This document shows positions 42,372-50,943 of a DNA stretch of 64,000 nucleotides, one piece after another. Within the stretch, counting starts at the first letter, position 1. Each line of letters begins with the position of its first letter. The stretch comes from a virus. Taxonomy: Duplodnaviria; Caudoviricetes. The position numbers and the translations under genes were made by a program. A model generated the notes under the pieces. The model was given only the letters and a program-made list of their open reading frames with translations, made no database searches and was not told the DNA's origin. Where the stretch lies: positions 48,887 through 112,886 of IMG/VR virus record IMGVR_UViG_2593339225_000003; one strand, given 5' to 3'.

Positions 42372-43123
42372 GCGGCTAAGAGATTCCATCCTTCTAATGA
42401 TAGGTTCAACTCCTGTTGTAAGTGTGGTTTACAATGTAGGAAACTCAATTTCCGCAATTACACTCATTTTTGCGGCTAAGTGCAATCATCCTTCTATTTT
42501 TACATAATGAAGAAAATAATGCTAACCGTCGTGGTTAGCCCCAAAATTTGATTGCACAATTCCCGCGCTTTAATTCACATCCTGCGGCTAAATCATAACA
42601 TCCTTCTAAAAAAAGAACTTGCGCTTTAGGCGCGACTAAATACATAAGATTTTGTTACGATAATTTCCGCAAAAAAATTAATGTAAATAGCAAAAAACAT
42701 ATTGACAGAAATATCATTCTATGATATAATCTTAAATGTAAGTTAAACAAACTATTGTGGCTAACAAAATTCATCCTTCTACCCGTATGGGAACAAAATT
42801 GGTAGTTTGTCTATTGAATTTTGAATTTCCACTTTTACATAGTTTAATCGGCTAAGAAACATCATCCTTCTAAAAAGTGTTAATCTGTTTGTCGTGGGTT
42901 CGAGTCCCACCACGCTACGAATGTAGGGTGTAGCTCAGTTGGTAGAGCAACAGCGAAAAGTCGATGTTTCAATTTCCGAACAATAATTGAATTTGGGCGG
43001 CTAACGAGTATCATCCTTCTTACAGCTCCAAACTGCAATCGCGGGTTCGATTCCCGCTCATCCAACCTTTGGGTGGTGGTCAAGTGGTAAGACAGCAGTT
43101 ATGTACGATATTCAAATTCCCGC
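42372..43123 (+). ncRNA. Six CGGCTA/TCCTTCT structured RNA units (42372-42455, 42472-42566, 42584-42670, 42757-42832, 42848-42979, 42997-43123)
   Basis: Same scaffold, each with a different self-complementary stem. Internal promoter TTGACA-17-TATAAT at 42702. The last two units contain permuted tRNA domains. Confidence 0.85.
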
Positions 43124-43148
43124 AAAATAAATAGCACAAAACATAAAT

Positions 43149-43234
43149 GCGGATATGGCGGAATAGGTAGACGCGCGTGATTTAGGTTCACGTGTCCCTG
43201 TGGCGTGTGGGTTCAAGTCCCTCTATCCGCACCA
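43149..43234 (+). tRNA. tRNA-Leu(UAG)
   Basis: CGTGA-TTTAGGT-TCACG arm, long variable arm, CCA. Confidence 0.9.
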
Positions 43235-43251
43235 AAATTAAGGAGAACCAT

Positions 43252-43542
43252 ATGAAAAAGATTTTGAGCATTATGTTCACGGTAATTGCAATAACTGGTA
43301 TAATTTTCACTTTCGCAAGAGCCACAGCGATTGTCGAAAGAGGAAGTCAAGCATTTGGCGGCGAAATGCTCATTCTTTTAATTCCTGTTATCGCGTGGAT
43401 TGTTTATTGCAATGTTAATACTACAAAGCAGGAGTTTAAGGATTACAAGTTGACAGATGAAGCCGAGGGCGCGGGTTATATTGCAAATCCTGATTTCGGT
43501 GGGTCAATTCAAATCACAGACATTAACGAAATTTCGATATGA
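43252..43542 (+). CDS. Small two-TM membrane protein
   Basis: AGGAG RBS, two hydrophobic helices around AFGGE. Confidence 0.65.
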   Translation: MKKILSIMFTVIAITGIIFTFARATAIVERGSQAFGGEMLILLIPVIAWIVYCNVNTTKQEFKDYKLTDEAEGAGYIANPDFGGSIQITDINEISI

Positions 43543-43603
43543 TAATCACCTCCTTTAAAGGCAAAGCGGAAAGACGTTTGACAGCCGGATAGACGGCAAA
43601 AAT

Positions 43604-43690
43604 GCGGGTGTGGTGGAATTGGTAGACACATCGGGTTTAAGCCCCGATGGGCGTTTGCCCGTGCAAGTTCGAGTCTTGTCACCCGCACCA
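43604..43690 (+). tRNA. tRNA-Leu(UAA)
   Basis: TCGGG-TTTAAGC-CCCGA arm, CCA. Confidence 0.9.
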
Positions 43691-43693
43691 TAT

Positions 43694-43770
43694 GCTCCGA
43701 TAGCTCAATAGGTTAGAGCGTTCGCCTTATAAGCGATTGACGATTGGTTCAATCCCATCTCGGAGTACCA
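43694..43770 (+). tRNA. tRNA-Ile(UAU)
   Basis: TCGC-CTTATAA-GCGA arm, ACCA end. Confidence 0.75.
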
Positions 43771-43806
43771 CAAACATAGTCAAAATCATTTAAGGAGAAG
43801 TTTGCG

Positions 43807-45273
43807 TTGAGTACAGATAAGAAATACTATAAAATTTCACAATATACAATGAAATGCCGACTTTATCCGAATAAAACGGTTGCTAAAGGTTTTGATAAGG
43901 CAATTCAAGCTATTCATTGTTATCATAATTGCCTTTTATACGATATTTTTAATGGAAACATTGAATCTACTGCAAAGCCATATAAGCCAAAAAAGGAATC
44001 AAAGCCTGAGAAAAAGAAAAATGAAAGCGATTTTGATTATCGGCAACGTCTTTACTCTTATGAACAAAAGCAAAAGTACAAAGAGGGCGATATAATTCAT
44101 TTCCCGAATTTGAATTACGCATTTTCCGCAGAGTATAAGAACAAGTTAATCGAAGAACATCCCGTAATCGCTAATGCTCCGGCTTCTGCAATCACAGCAA
44201 AGATTGGTCTTATGTCCGATGTTAAGAAATCGCTCGGCAAACTTCCAATCGAATTTCAGAAACCAAAGTATTATAGCAAGAAAAAGCCAAGACAGAGTTT
44301 TTCTTATCAAGATGTATTAGGTAAATTAGTTGAAACCGATAATAAAAATGTATTGTTTATTAAACTGCCAGAGAAATTTGGCGGCACACGCTCAAATCCT
44401 GCAAAGTGTAAAATTCGCGGTTGGAATAAAAAAATTCGTTTTGATAGATACGGGGAAATAAATTTTATAGATTATTTCAAATCCAATCCAAACAAAAGGA
44501 TTACTATTAAAATCGAAAAGGATAATTGTGGTGATTATTGGATTGTTTTTTCACTGACCAATGTTTATAAGTCAATGGCAAATCCACAAAATACATTTGG
44601 TGGTATTGATGTTGGAATAAAAGATATTGCTATTCTTTCTGATAATACAAAATTTGAAAATCGAAAATTTAAGGATGAAGAAAAACAGCATATTAAATTT
44701 TTGAATAGGCGATTGAGCAGAAGGCAAGGTTGGTCTAACGAAGAATTTAGAGATGGCTATAAGCAGAACAAAGATATGATTGTATCAAAAACATATCAGA
44801 GAACACAGCTTAAACTTTCTAAATTACACAGAAAAATCGCTCGTAAGAGGGAGAACTATAATCATAATATAACCACAAAGATTATAAATACATATTCGTT
44901 CATTGGTATTGAAACTCTGAATGTAACTGGTATGTTTAGAAACAGACATTTATCAAATGCTTTGTCGGATGCCGCTATGGGAGAAATTTTGTCAATGCTT
45001 AAATATAAAGCAGAATGGTATGACAGAATCATTCAACCCATCAGTCAATGGTCGCCATCAAGTAAACGGTGTAGTTGCTGCGGATATATTAGACCAAAGT
45101 TGGGCTTACATATCAGAGAGTGGCAATGTCCAAAATGCGGAACGTTTCACGATAGAGATGTAAATGCCGCAATAAATATTCTTTACTATGCTTTGTTAAT
45201 TTATTACGGCGAAGAAAAAGGCAAAGAAATTTTTGAAAAATTGAATAATAATTTTCAATTATTATGTGCATAG
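43807..45273 (+). CDS. Compact type V (Cas12f/TnpB-like) RNA-guided nuclease
   Basis: 488 aa, RLYP N-terminus, RuvC-I GIDVG, RuvC-II GIETL, SSKRCSCC..CPKC Zn finger, RuvC-III DRDVNAA. Adjacent to a CRISPR array. Confidence 0.85.
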   Translation: MSTDKKYYKISQYTMKCRLYPNKTVAKGFDKAIQAIHCYHNCLLYDIFNGNIESTAKPYKPKKESKPEKKKNESDFDYRQRLYSYEQKQKYKEGDIIHFPNLNYAFSAEYKNKLIEEHPVIANAPASAITAKIGLMSDVKKSLGKLPIEFQKPKYYSKKKPRQSFSYQDVLGKLVETDNKNVLFIKLPEKFGGTRSNPAKCKIRGWNKKIRFDRYGEINFIDYFKSNPNKRITIKIEKDNCGDYWIVFSLTNVYKSMANPQNTFGGIDVGIKDIAILSDNTKFENRKFKDEEKQHIKFLNRRLSRRQGWSNEEFRDGYKQNKDMIVSKTYQRTQLKLSKLHRKIARKRENYNHNITTKIINTYSFIGIETLNVTGMFRNRHLSNALSDAAMGEILSMLKYKAEWYDRIIQPISQWSPSSKRCSCCGYIRPKLGLHIREWQCPKCGTFHDRDVNAAINILYYALLIYYGEEKGKEIFEKLNNNFQLLCA

Positions 45274-45419
45274 CACTGATAATAAAAGGGTTGCAGGCAC
45301 AACGCCGCCCTGTGCGAGCCACAAGTAACCATAAATTATGTGGGAGGTTCGCACCAAGTAGGCATAAGAAATCGGTAGTATATGCTGTAAAATCGGCAAT
45401 ACAAAGTAGATATTGCTTA

Positions 45420-45452
45420 TGCAATCACTATATATGCGCGAATTGAAATATC
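45420..45452 (+). ncRNA. Putative anti-repeat (tracrRNA segment)
   Basis: GCAATCACTATATATGCGCGAATTG is imperfectly complementary to the repeat. Confidence 0.45.
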
Positions 45453-45469
45453 AAACACAATATGTTGCG

Positions 45470-45920
45470 GTTATAACTCACGGGTATATATGAATTGTGA
45501 GGCTTAACCGCGAAGAACTATTCCAACTCAAATGGTTATAACTCACGGATATATGAATTGTGAGTCAAAAGGCTATCAAGTATTTACTCAAACGTCTTGT
45601 TATAACTCACGGGTATATATGAATTGTGAGCTTTCTTGACACCAATAATTTTGTCGGTTATAAGTTATAACTCACGTGTATATACGAATTGTGAGCACAA
45701 ATGGCAATCGTGATAATGCTGTTTCAAGGGTTATAACTCACGCATATGTATGAATTGTGAACCCATTCTACTGTATATATGAATTGTGAGTAAGAAAGTC
45801 AGAGCAACTGCAAGCAAGGTTTGGTTGTAACTTGCGTATATGTGTGAATTGTGAACTTTCAGAAAATCCTATTACGATAGGTTGACAAACTGCAACTCAC
45901 GTGTGTATATGAATTGTGAG
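45470..45920 (+). CRISPR. CRISPR array, repeat GTTATAACTCACGGGTATATATGAATTGTGAG
   Basis: Repeats at 45470, 45535, 45599, 45664, 45730, partial 45773, 45824 and 45889. Unique 33-34 nt spacers. Repeats degenerate distally. Confidence 0.92.
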
Positions 45921-46020
45921 TACCGATACGTTAAATCAAGATATCACAAATAGCAGGACATTGAATAGTGTTTAGGCATTGAGTAGGAATTATCCCGTTG
46001 GAGCGGTATTGATGACATTT

Positions 46021-46105
46021 GCGAGCGTGACGGAACGGGTAGACGTTGCAGATTCAAAATCTGTTGCCGAAAGGCGTGTGGGTTCGAGTCCCACCGCTCG
46101 TACCA
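46021..46105 (+). tRNA. tRNA-Leu(CAA)
   Basis: GCAGA-TTCAAAA-TCTGT arm, variable arm, CCA. Confidence 0.9.
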
Positions 46106-46262
46106 GCCGTTGTTGTTCGTTGTTCGCAGCGGCGGCGTTGTTGTTGTTGGCAGAGAACGCGGAAAACTCTGTACAAAAAATATCCGACAAAGGGCAGGGA
46201 GCAGAGCCTATGGCGCGGTGATAACTCTATTCCGCGCACTACAAAAGAAAAGGGCGATTTTT

Positions 46263-46532
46263 ATGACCACTTACGAAACAAGGCGAGAATCCAACAAGAA
46301 AGTTGACCGGCAAAAGCGATACAATCAAATCCTGCACATTCTAAAAGGTCGCACGATGACCGCGAAGGAAGTAGCAGTTGAGATGAACAGGCGCGGATTA
46401 ACGCCGACATCGGAACGAAATTTTGCGGCTCCGCGATTAACAGAGCTTGTGAATGATGGCTTGGTTGAAGTAGTTGGTAAAACTGTTTGCGAATATACTT
46501 CCAAGAAAGTGGCTCAGTATAGATTAATTTAG
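46263..46532 (+). CDS. Small winged-HTH-like protein
   Basis: MTAKEVA..APRLTELV..GLVEVVG. Confidence 0.65.
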   Translation: MTTYETRRESNKKVDRQKRYNQILHILKGRTMTAKEVAVEMNRRGLTPTSERNFAAPRLTELVNDGLVEVVGKTVCEYTSKKVAQYRLI

Positions 46533-46589
46533 TCCTTTATTATTCATTCATATGAGTTTCGGACGTTCTCACCAAAAACGTCTACACAT

Positions 46590-46667
46590 ACGGGCATAAC
46601 TCAGTTTGATTAGAGTACCTGCTTTGGGAGCAGGGGGTCGCAGGTTTGAGTCCTGTCGCCCGTACCA
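46590..46667 (+). tRNA. tRNA-Pro(UGG)
   Basis: CCTGC-TTTGGGA-GCAGG arm, CCA. Confidence 0.8.
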
Positions 46668-46687
46668 AAATTAAAAGAGGGATTGAA

Positions 46688-47497
46688 ATGAGTAAAAAAT
46701 ACAGTGAGTTCGACAAACGTATGAAAAAGTATGAATATGTCACGCGAACATATTTGACAACACGAACTCCCGCAATCATTAGGATAGATGGCAAAAGTTT
46801 TCATATATTCACCAGAGGGTTTAAGAAACCATTTGATGATGTCCTTTCCAACGCTATGCAAGCAACAATGAAATATCTTTGTGAAAACATTCAAGGTTGC
46901 GTTCTTGGATATACTCAATCAGATGAAATCACATTGGTTTTAGTTGATTATAAGGGTATTGATACTTGTGCTTGGTTTGATTACAACATTCAGAAATGTG
47001 CGAGTGTTGCCGCAAGTATGGCTACATTGGTATTTAAGCAGTTTTTTGATTATCAAAATAATTGTTGGTATGAAAAATCAGATAAGGGTAATTCATTTAC
47101 GAGTTCGGATATAGATATTTATAATCGACATTGCGAAGCACTTTATAATAAAGGTGCAATGTTTGATGCCCGCATTTTCAATATTCCAAAAGAGGAAGTG
47201 TGCAACAACATCTTATGGCAACAACAGGATGCGATACGCAACTCCATCCAAATGGTCGGTCACGCAAATTTCTCCGACAAGCAAATGCACAGCAAAAACA
47301 CAACCGAAATCAAAGAAATGCTTTTGAGTGAAAAGGGCATTAACTGGAATGATTTGCCGACAAAATTTCAGCGCGGGAGTTGTTGTATTAAAACCGTGAA
47401 CGAGCAGACCGGCAGAAGTGAATGGAGAATCGACAATGAAATCCCGATTTTCAAAGGCGAGGGTCGTAACTATATCGAGGGCTTGATTTATGTCTGA
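46688..47497 (+). CDS. tRNA(His) guanylyltransferase Thg1-like protein
   Basis: RIDGKSFH, YTQSDEITL, FDAR, DAIRNSI. Confidence 0.9.
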   Translation: MSKKYSEFDKRMKKYEYVTRTYLTTRTPAIIRIDGKSFHIFTRGFKKPFDDVLSNAMQATMKYLCENIQGCVLGYTQSDEITLVLVDYKGIDTCAWFDYNIQKCASVAASMATLVFKQFFDYQNNCWYEKSDKGNSFTSSDIDIYNRHCEALYNKGAMFDARIFNIPKEEVCNNILWQQQDAIRNSIQMVGHANFSDKQMHSKNTTEIKEMLLSEKGINWNDLPTKFQRGSCCIKTVNEQTGRSEWRIDNEIPIFKGEGRNYIEGLIYV

Positions 47498-47789
47498 GGT
47501 CGAAAAGTTCATTGAGCGTTTCCGCACGAAAGAAACAATCGAAGTTTTCACTCGCGGGTGTTGCTATTGGTTTGCGTATATCCTCTGTGGCAGATTTCCG
47601 CAAGCAGAACTTATGTACGACCTAACTGAAAACCATTTTATGGTTGAGATTGATGGTCGGTTATATGACATCACGGGAGATGTAACGGGTGAATATACGC
47701 CGATTCCGTGGGATTTCTATGACGATATTGTTCATAAAAGGAGGATTGAGCGAGATTGTGTGCTTTTCGCAAATTTGAAAGATACATAA
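47490..47789 (+). CDS. Hypothetical protein (GCCYWFA / LYDITG)
   Basis: Coupled to the Thg1-like gene. Confidence 0.65.
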   Translation: MSEVEKFIERFRTKETIEVFTRGCCYWFAYILCGRFPQAELMYDLTENHFMVEIDGRLYDITGDVTGEYTPIPWDFYDDIVHKRRIERDCVLFANLKDT

Positions 47790-47794
47790 AAACA

Positions 47795-48562
47795 ATGGGT
47801 TTGTCCGATAAAATACTACCAAAAGAATTGCGTAAAAGCACTTTGCTTGGATATTGGGCACCGCCCGAAGAAGAAAAAGAAATGACAGCAGAAGAAGTAA
47901 CAAAATATGCGCGCAGCGAAATTAGAGCGTATCTTAATCCAAATCCTGGATTTGTGCGTGTTGTGGATGGCAAAATTCCAAATGATGCGCTTCTCACATA
48001 TTACAATCAACACAAAGAGGAATTTAACACAATGATTAAGGAGAATGAAGAAATGAGTTATGCTTTAACAGTAACGGGAAACAGAATGATTAAAGAGGAC
48101 GGTGAGGTAAAATTTGCTTATATCGTCTCTCCCGGGCTATTTGATATTGTCACGGATGCGGTTATTCCCGAAATCGAGGACGTTCAATCTATCAACAACA
48201 AGGTTGTAATCGTCAAGTTTGCCGACGGCACTTCCGAAAAGGCGGTTCTAAGCGAGAACGACACCTTCTCTCTCGAACAGGGTGTGTCAATCTGCATTAC
48301 AAAGAAGATTTTGAACAAGGTGCTAAAGGGCGCGAGCGGCACTTCCGCGTACAACAAGCTCGTTGATTATGGCTTAAAGGTCTACGACAAGAAGCAGAAA
48401 GAAATCAAAGAAGCAATCGCGGCGAAAAAGGCTGAGAAAGATGCCGAACAAAGGAAGATTGACAGAATCCGCAAAAAGAGAGCAAAGCACAAGGCAAAGC
48501 TGAGAGAGGAACAGATTGAGATTCAGGCAGAAGCGTACCGCCGCGCGATGAAGTCAGAGTAA
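47795..48562 (+). CDS. Phage hypothetical protein with a C-terminal coiled coil (start uncertain)
   Basis: VKFADGT..DTFSLEQG motif, followed by a terminator-like hairpin at 48567-48597. Confidence 0.65.
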   Translation: MGLSDKILPKELRKSTLLGYWAPPEEEKEMTAEEVTKYARSEIRAYLNPNPGFVRVVDGKIPNDALLTYYNQHKEEFNTMIKENEEMSYALTVTGNRMIKEDGEVKFAYIVSPGLFDIVTDAVIPEIEDVQSINNKVVIVKFADGTSEKAVLSENDTFSLEQGVSICITKKILNKVLKGASGTSAYNKLVDYGLKVYDKKQKEIKEAIAAKKAEKDAEQRKIDRIRKKRAKHKAKLREEQIEIQAEAYRRAMKSE

Positions 48563-48630
48563 ATTTGAGGGAGCGCGGATAGCACTCCCTTATTTTATTG
48601 AATATTTACGAATAAAGAGAGAGATTAAGT

Positions 48631-49398
48631 TTGAATAATATAGGAATAAAGCGAATGAATAATGTTGGGCAAATGATGGAAATTATTGATTATCAAGATT
48701 GTCATAATGTTTTTGTGAAATTTGATGATGGAACGATTGTAAAATGCAGTATGAATAGTTTCCGGGCTGGTGGAGTAAAAAATCCTAATAGCATTTCTGT
48801 TTGCGGAGTAGGAATTGTCGGGAATAAATATCCTATTCGTGAAAATAAACAACTTTGTAAAGAATATTTAGTTTGGTCAAAAATGTTGGAAAGATGCTAT
48901 AAGAATAATAGAAGCAATAAAAATAAATCATACATTGGATGTTCTGTTTGCAAAGAATGGTTGTATTATCCGAATTTTTACGAATGGTTACATAGTCAAT
49001 CAAATTATGAAAAGTGGAAAACAGAAAAATATACGATTGACAAAGATATTATACAAAAGGGAAATAAAATATATGAACCTTCAAAATGTTGTTTAGTGCC
49101 ATATTATATAAATCTGTTGCTTACCAATCACAAAAGCGCGAGAGGCGAATATCCAGTTGGTGTAATTTATAATAAAAGAGATGATTGTTTCGATGTGATA
49201 GTTAATGATGGCATATTGACTGATAAGAAAAAAATTCATTTATATGGATTTCAAAATCCAACTATTGCATTTTATAAATATAAAGAATTAAAAGAAAAAA
49301 TAATCAAAGAAAGAGCAAAACAAGAATTTGAACTCAAAAATATAACGGAAGATTGTTATAACGCATTATTAAGATATAAGATAGAAATAACAGATTGA
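48631..49398 (+). CDS. Homing-endonuclease-like protein (HNH-type, DKDI motif)
   Basis: W..ML.RCY, VCKEW..Y.NF, IDKDI, CCLVP..IN, AP2-like tail. Confidence 0.7.
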   Translation: MNNIGIKRMNNVGQMMEIIDYQDCHNVFVKFDDGTIVKCSMNSFRAGGVKNPNSISVCGVGIVGNKYPIRENKQLCKEYLVWSKMLERCYKNNRSNKNKSYIGCSVCKEWLYYPNFYEWLHSQSNYEKWKTEKYTIDKDIIQKGNKIYEPSKCCLVPYYINLLLTNHKSARGEYPVGVIYNKRDDCFDVIVNDGILTDKKKIHLYGFQNPTIAFYKYKELKEKIIKERAKQEFELKNITEDCYNALLRYKIEITD

Positions 49399-49414
49399 AT
49401 GGGGGTGTGGTACA

Positions 49415-50182
49415 ATTTTATACATCAGCGGCGATACCCACGCTGAGTTTAATCGTTTTAGCACAAAGCGATTTTCCGCACAAAAGGAAATGACAAGAGA
49501 TGATTACGTTATCATTTGTGGTGATTTCGCGGGAGTTTGGGATTACAAGTTATCCTCGCCGGAAGAAAGTTACTGGCTCGATTGGTTAAACAACAAACCA
49601 TTCACAACATTATTTGTTGACGGAAACCATAGTAACCATACGAGATTAAAAGAATTTCCGCGCGTAAAATTCCACGGCGGGATGGCGCATAAAATCAGGG
49701 ATAACGTCTATCATTTAATGCGTGGTTACGTTTTTGAGATTAACGGTAAAAAGATATTCACGTTTGGCGGCGCAAAAAGCCACGACATTCAAGACGGTAT
49801 TCTTTATCAAAAAGATTATGCAAGCCTGAGAGATTTAGTTGACGATTATAACAGACGAACCAAAATGGGTGAGATGTTAAGGATTGACGAAATTTCTTGG
49901 TGGAAAGACGAATTGCCGACAAGTGCTGAAATGAAGCGCGGAATAAAGAATCTCGAAAAGGTGAACTGGACAGTTGATTATGTTATCACGCATTGCCCGC
50001 CGAGGGAAGTTTGCAAATGGTTTGGATATTACGATTCCGATAAATTGATTGATTACTTTGACGAATTGTTAGAGCGCGGGTTGAAGTTTAAGGAATTTTG
50101 GAGCGGGCATTTGCACAAAAATGAGTATAATATTTTTGGAAAATATAATGTTATTTTTGAAGATATAAAAAGGATTATATGA
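49415..50182 (+). CDS. Calcineurin-like metallophosphoesterase
   Basis: ISGDTH lies in frame upstream of the listed ATG (49490). CGDF, DGNH, THC and GHLH motifs. Start codon uncertain. Confidence 0.85.
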   Translation: MLYISGDTHAEFNRFSTKRFSAQKEMTRDDYVIICGDFAGVWDYKLSSPEESYWLDWLNNKPFTTLFVDGNHSNHTRLKEFPRVKFHGGMAHKIRDNVYHLMRGYVFEINGKKIFTFGGAKSHDIQDGILYQKDYASLRDLVDDYNRRTKMGEMLRIDEISWWKDELPTSAEMKRGIKNLEKVNWTVDYVITHCPPREVCKWFGYYDSDKLIDYFDELLERGLKFKEFWSGHLHKNEYNIFGKYNVIFEDIKRII

Positions 50183-50938
50183 ATAGTAAAAGAAAGATTT
50201 ATCGAATAGGTGAAAAGAATATTAATAAACAGGGATTGCAAATGGTTATTATCAATTATCGAGATAGACATAATATTGATGTAAAATTTGATAATGGATA
50301 TATAGTTAATGAAACTACTTATATGGAGTTTTGCAATGGTTCTATATTAAATCCATTATTCCCAAGCTATTTGAATAAGGGATTTCTGGGCATCGGTGAA
50401 TATAAAACAAGAGAAAATGGCATTAAGACATCTGCATATGTAAAATGGGGTTCAATGCTTACAAGATGCTATTCGAGTAAATATAAAGAAATTACTTATC
50501 AAGATTGTTTTGTTTGCGATGAATGGATGAATTATCAAAATTTTGCCAAATGGCATTATGAGAATTATTACCTTTTAGAAAATGAAAGAGTTGAATTAGA
50601 TAAAGATATATTAGAAAGGGATAATAAAGAATATTGCCCACAAAAATGTATGTATGTTCCTCATAAAATTAATTCTATTATTTGCAATAGGAGTAATAAT
50701 AGGGGGTAAATACGCAATAGGTGTTTCGCAAACACCTAATGGAAAATTTATTTCAAATTGCAATATAAATGGGAAAACAAAATATCTTGGTTTATTTACA
50801 ACTGAATTAGAAGCATTTTTGGCTTATAAAAAGGCTAAAGAATCCGAAATATGTCGCCTTGCTGAAACATATAGAGGTAAAATACCAGATAAAGTCATAG
50901 AAACAATACAACAATATAAGGTAAGGATAAAGGACTAA
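50179..50938 (+). pseudogene. Second HNH-type endonuclease, frameshifted in a G-run near 50705
   Basis: Paralogous to 48631..49398. The AP2-like tail (YLGLFTTELEAF) is in another frame. Confidence 0.7.
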
Positions 50939-50943
50939 AGTTT

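Noticed and set aside
42372-43123. CGGCTA/TCCTTCT units as a CRISPR array or terminators
   Set aside because: The conserved parts are short and split, the stems differ in sequence but covary, unit lengths vary widely, and there are no consistent U-tracts.
43807-45273. Ordinary IS200/IS605 TnpB transposon
   Set aside because: No tnpA or recognisable IS ends, and a spacer-containing array lies directly downstream.
45502-45888. Self-targeting CRISPR spacers
   Set aside because: No protospacer match was noticed within the window by eye. A proper alignment is still needed.
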